In this document: in pieces, positions 27,868 to 30,728 of the stretch | How the letters are laid out: each line of letters starts with the position of its first letter | Numbering within the stretch: the stretch's first letter is position 1 | Origin: an uncultured Phycisphaerae bacterium | GTDB taxonomy: Bacteria > Planctomycetota > Phycisphaerae > Sedimentisphaerales > Anaerohalosphaeraceae | Assembly: GCA_937995495.1 (NCBI GenBank) | Contig: CALKKA010000191.1 | Coordinates: 1 to 30,728 of the forward strand | Direction: 5' to 3' | Length of the DNA: 30,728 nucleotides | Notes under the pieces: generated by a model | The model's database searches: none | Told to the model about the DNA's origin: nothing | What the model saw: the letters and a program-made list of their open reading frames with translations, nothing else | Translations under genes and position numbers: made by a program

Positions 27868-28443
27868 ATGGCCATTACTCCGACAAGTTTAGGGTTAACA
27901 TTTGACCTGACGCAGGCCGAATCGGTTCAGAAAAGTCAGCGCTGGGTGCTGGTGACGATGCAGGAATTCGGTCCGGCACTGGTGACGATGCTCTGGCGGA
28001 TTCTGGGTAATGAAGAAGATGTTTGCGATGCTTATCAGGATACGTTCCTTCGACTCGCTCACCTGCCGGATAAGAACAAGCCCGCCAATGTTCGCTCTTA
28101 CCTGTTTCGGACGGCTTCAAATGTCGCCATTTCAGTATTGAGGCATAAGCAGTTGCATCGTAAGCACCAGCGTGCCATTTTAGAAAAATATGAAACTCCA
28201 CAACATGATTTTGTCAGGGACCTCGATGCACCGGCTTTGCAAAAACGGCTTCGCGAGGCGATCGCTGAATTACCGGAGTATCTTGGCGATGTGATCATCC
28301 TGCGGGACCTTGCCCAGATGCCGTATCCGCAGGTTGCGCGGATCTTGGGGATTCGCACTGCCGCGGCCAGGGTGTACCGCCATAAAGCGATTAAGCTACT
28401 GGCATCGTGGATGTCAAAATCAGAAAACCGGGAACCATTATGA
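27868..28443 (+). CDS. ECF sigma-70 family sigma factor (#2)
   Basis: EEDVCDAYQDTFLRL..VRSYLFRTASN (region 2); LPEYLGDVIILRDLAQMPYPQVARILG..AARVYRHKA (region 4). Start ATG 27868 (AGGA SD) or 27850. Confidence 0.9.
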   Translation: MAITPTSLGLTFDLTQAESVQKSQRWVLVTMQEFGPALVTMLWRILGNEEDVCDAYQDTFLRLAHLPDKNKPANVRSYLFRTASNVAISVLRHKQLHRKHQRAILEKYETPQHDFVRDLDAPALQKRLREAIAELPEYLGDVIILRDLAQMPYPQVARILGIRTAAARVYRHKAIKLLASWMSKSENREPL

Positions 28444-28952
28444 AAACCGATACAAACACAAATCAATGCCGCAGGACGCGAAGGGGCCGATTGGGCCTGT
28501 GGGATGCGTTCCGAACACGACTTCTGGAGCGGTTGGGCGATCATGTCGCTGAATGCCCGCGGTGTCAAAAACGGCTGGCGACTGTAAATCGTGTCGAACT
28601 GGGATTGATGCTCATAAAAAGCCAGCCCCAGCAGATCGGGCTACTGTCGCGTGCCAATAGGCAGGCGCTGGATGGACTGAAGCATTCATTACGACATGCA
28701 CCCAAATCCGTTATTTTGCGAGGGGTCAATTCTGACATGAATCGGCTGGAAAAAATGCGTCCGGGCCTGGAGCGGTTGCTGAATGCTGCGGCGTGTGTTT
28801 TTGTAGTTTTGATGATTAAAACCGGGGTGTCCAACTCTCTGCTGAATTACCGGGAACAGGGAGAGACTGTCATCCATAACTATTATGCTCGTAATCTCGA
28901 TAGCCAAATCTTTGATGAAATATTCCCCATAGATTCTTCCTCCACCGGCTAA
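28440..28952 (+). CDS. Zinc-binding (ZAS) membrane anti-sigma factor for ECF #2
   Basis: ATGA-coupled; HVAECPRC = HxxxCxxC with an upstream Cys; single hydrophobic segment LLNAAACVFVVLMI; about 45 aa C-terminal tail. Confidence 0.78.
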   Translation: MKTDTNTNQCRRTRRGRLGLWDAFRTRLLERLGDHVAECPRCQKRLATVNRVELGLMLIKSQPQQIGLLSRANRQALDGLKHSLRHAPKSVILRGVNSDMNRLEKMRPGLERLLNAAACVFVVLMIKTGVSNSLLNYREQGETVIHNYYARNLDSQIFDEIFPIDSSSTG

Positions 28953-28982
28953 TTGGTCGTTGCACTGGATTTTCATTGAAGA

Positions 28983-29013
28983 TCGAAAAACTTCCTATTT
29001 TCGACCTCTTTTT
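28983..29013 (+). terminator. Possible weak terminator after the anti-sigma gene
   Basis: TCGAAAA/TTTTCGA 7-bp stem with 8-nt loop, then CCTCTTTTT; AT-rich stem, so weak. Confidence 0.3.
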
Positions 29014-29135
29014 AAAAGTCCCATAACATATCTTATGTTGCATTGGGAAAAAGGGGCGGCCTGTCAAATAATTAGGTTTTTGAGCTAGAATTGCTGTTTG
29101 GTGCTATTTTAAGCTTGTTGTGCGTATTCATTAAC

Positions 29136-30728
29136 CTATGGATGCCCCTGATGACACTTTCCTTCAATTGTCTTAAGCAGGCATGCGGAAGTTTCATTGA
29201 TCCGCTCCCAACTTGTGTAACTGCGATCAATGATCCCCAGTGATTCAAAAATGTCTTCCAGGTCAGCGCGTAATTCAAACGCCTCGTATGCGTCGGTCGA
29301 TTTTATGCGGCAGGCTTTTTTCATTGCTGCAGCAAAAGCTTTTTTGTCACAAAATAGCATCGTCATCTGATAATATTTTTCAAATGCGAACGCTTTACAT
29401 CTTTTCGTACTTGTGAGCATCTCAAATGCTTTTTCTGACTGTCCGTTATCTGAGAGGCAGATTGACAGCTTATACAATACTCGGTAATTCATTGGGTTTT
29501 GAGAGATTGAATTTTCGAATGCACAGATGGCTGCCTGAAGCCTGTTTTCATTCATCATCAAAATACCATATTTATTATAAACATCCGCCTGTGCTGAAGT
29601 ATTCTTAATTTTATCCTGATAGGCATGGATTACATGCTCAATCGTCACAATCTTTTTATCGGACTCTTTGCTGATGGTGTTATTTTCGTCTACAATTGAC
29701 TGGAACTGCAGTGTTGCTGCTTCTGTAAAGAGCAGGACACTGTTTTTCTGTATCGAAGACGCCAGTGAAAGGGTTTGCCTTGATTCTTCCTCTAAACCAC
29801 GCCGTTTTTGGGCAATTGCCAATCCCATATAGGCATCCAGTATCTCGTCGTTAATATCTGAGGCCTTATTGAATTCTTCCGCCGCAAGCGAAAAACGCTG
29901 ATTCCTCAAATAATGAGTACCCAGTTTTATCCTGGCTTCCAGCGAACTGGGTTGCAGGAGGATTGCATTCTCATAGCACGCGATCGCTTCCGATTCCTTT
30001 TCCCATTGGCTATAAACATCTCCCATCCGGATCAATAAGTCCTGTGACGGGCCCACCTGCTCAATCGTCCATTTGATCGCTTCCAGGGCCTGTTCAAACA
30101 TATCGCATTCAACAAGGGATTGTATTTCTTCGTCTCTTGCGGAGTCCATAAAATTATCAGGATGAGAAAGGATTCCAAGATTAAATGTATCAATGGCCTG
30201 TTCTGCTTTGTTGGATTCAAGATACAACTCTGCCAGCAGGATGATGGATGAGATGTCATCGGGATGTTCGGAGGTCAGTATTTCATACTCTTTGACCGCC
30301 CTGTCCAACTGCCCTTCTTTGAGGTAAATTGCGGCCATTCTCTGTCGCGGCAATTGAAGAAAGCTCTTGAATTTGATGCAATCCTGGTAAAACTCAAGGG
30401 CCTGCTCGATTTGCCCCAACCGCTCGTAACAATACCCCATCACATAAAGCGCCATCGTATTTGAGGGTTGTCTCAAATACACGCTCTGGGCCTGTTCAAT
30501 CGCTTCTTTTAGTTCATTTTGCAGGAGACAAACGGCTGCAGCGGCCATACGACCCAGAACGCATTCCGGAAAATCACTCAGATACTCACACGTCTTGTTT
30601 TCTGCCTGAATCAGTTCTCGATTTGCCAGGCAATCATGGATCATGATAAGAAAGCTAGTGCGTTCAGATGGCTCCTCTTGTGAAAGTTTTCGGCCGAGCC
30701 AGTGCCGGACAACTTCTGCGGTGTTAAC
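29136..30728 (-). CDS. Tetratricopeptide-repeat protein (5' end beyond right edge)
   Basis: Multiple TPRs (ALYVMGYCYERLGQIEQALEFY, LIRMGDVYSQWEKESEAIACYENA, YNKYGILMMNENRLQAAICAFENS). I read the frame as open from 30644 to the window end, so the true start lies outside. Confidence 0.85.
   Translation of the reverse strand, partial: VNTAEVVRHWLGRKLSQEEPSERTSFLIMIHDCLANRELIQAENKTCEYLSDFPECVLGRMAAAAVCLLQNELKEAIEQAQSVYLRQPSNTMALYVMGYCYERLGQIEQALEFYQDCIKFKSFLQLPRQRMAAIYLKEGQLDRAVKEYEILTSEHPDDISSIILLAELYLESNKAEQAIDTFNLGILSHPDNFMDSARDEEIQSLVECDMFEQALEAIKWTIEQVGPSQDLLIRMGDVYSQWEKESEAIACYENAILLQPSSLEARIKLGTHYLRNQRFSLAAEEFNKASDINDEILDAYMGLAIAQKRRGLEEESRQTLSLASSIQKNSVLLFTEAATLQFQSIVDENNTISKESDKKIVTIEHVIHAYQDKIKNTSAQADVYNKYGILMMNENRLQAAICAFENSISQNPMNYRVLYKLSICLSDNGQSEKAFEMLTSTKRCKAFAFEKYYQMTMLFCDKKAFAAAMKKACRIKSTDAYEAFELRADLEDIFESLGIIDRSYTSWERINETSACLLKTIEGKCHQGHP

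Noticed and set aside
1-30728. CRISPR arrays, IS/integrase genes, rRNA/tRNA, programmed frameshifts or stop-codon recoding
   Set aside because: None seen by eye; all main genes are intact single ORFs. tRNAscan/Infernal not run.

Overview
A 30.7 kb chromosomal window of about 36 genes and signals, with no mobile element, CRISPR array or rRNA/tRNA seen. Gene content (H-X9-DG large prepilin, ECF/anti-sigma pairs, GSIII) suggests a planctomycete of the Phycisphaerae/Sedimentisphaerales type; this is inference. Left to right: (1) nitrogen block on the minus strand: glutamine synthetase III (sigma54 promoter, own terminator), then a sigma70-driven gltB-gltD-nadE-ldhA run, with ldhA truncated by the edge; (2) pgsA-ribBA-lipoprotein-ECF sigma-anti-sigma-isochorismatase hydrolase; (3) thrS-infC-rpmI-rplT-pheS without pheT; (4) a compact type-IV-filament operon on the minus strand: short GspE/PilB ATPase, two paralogous GspF/PilC platforms, three minor pilins, one large H-X9-DG pilin with a Met/Pro-rich insert, and a divergent PilT, with no secretin or alignment genes; (5) a divergently transcribed ECF sigma plus zinc-binding anti-sigma; (6) a TPR protein running off the right edge. 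The most notable signal is a pair of back-to-back, near-identical ECF-type promoters (GGTAAY-N16-CGTCTTAAATAT) between blocks 4 and 5. It implies that the ECF sigma drives both itself and the filament operon, a candidate dedicated ECF-controlled minimal pilus/pseudopilus system.
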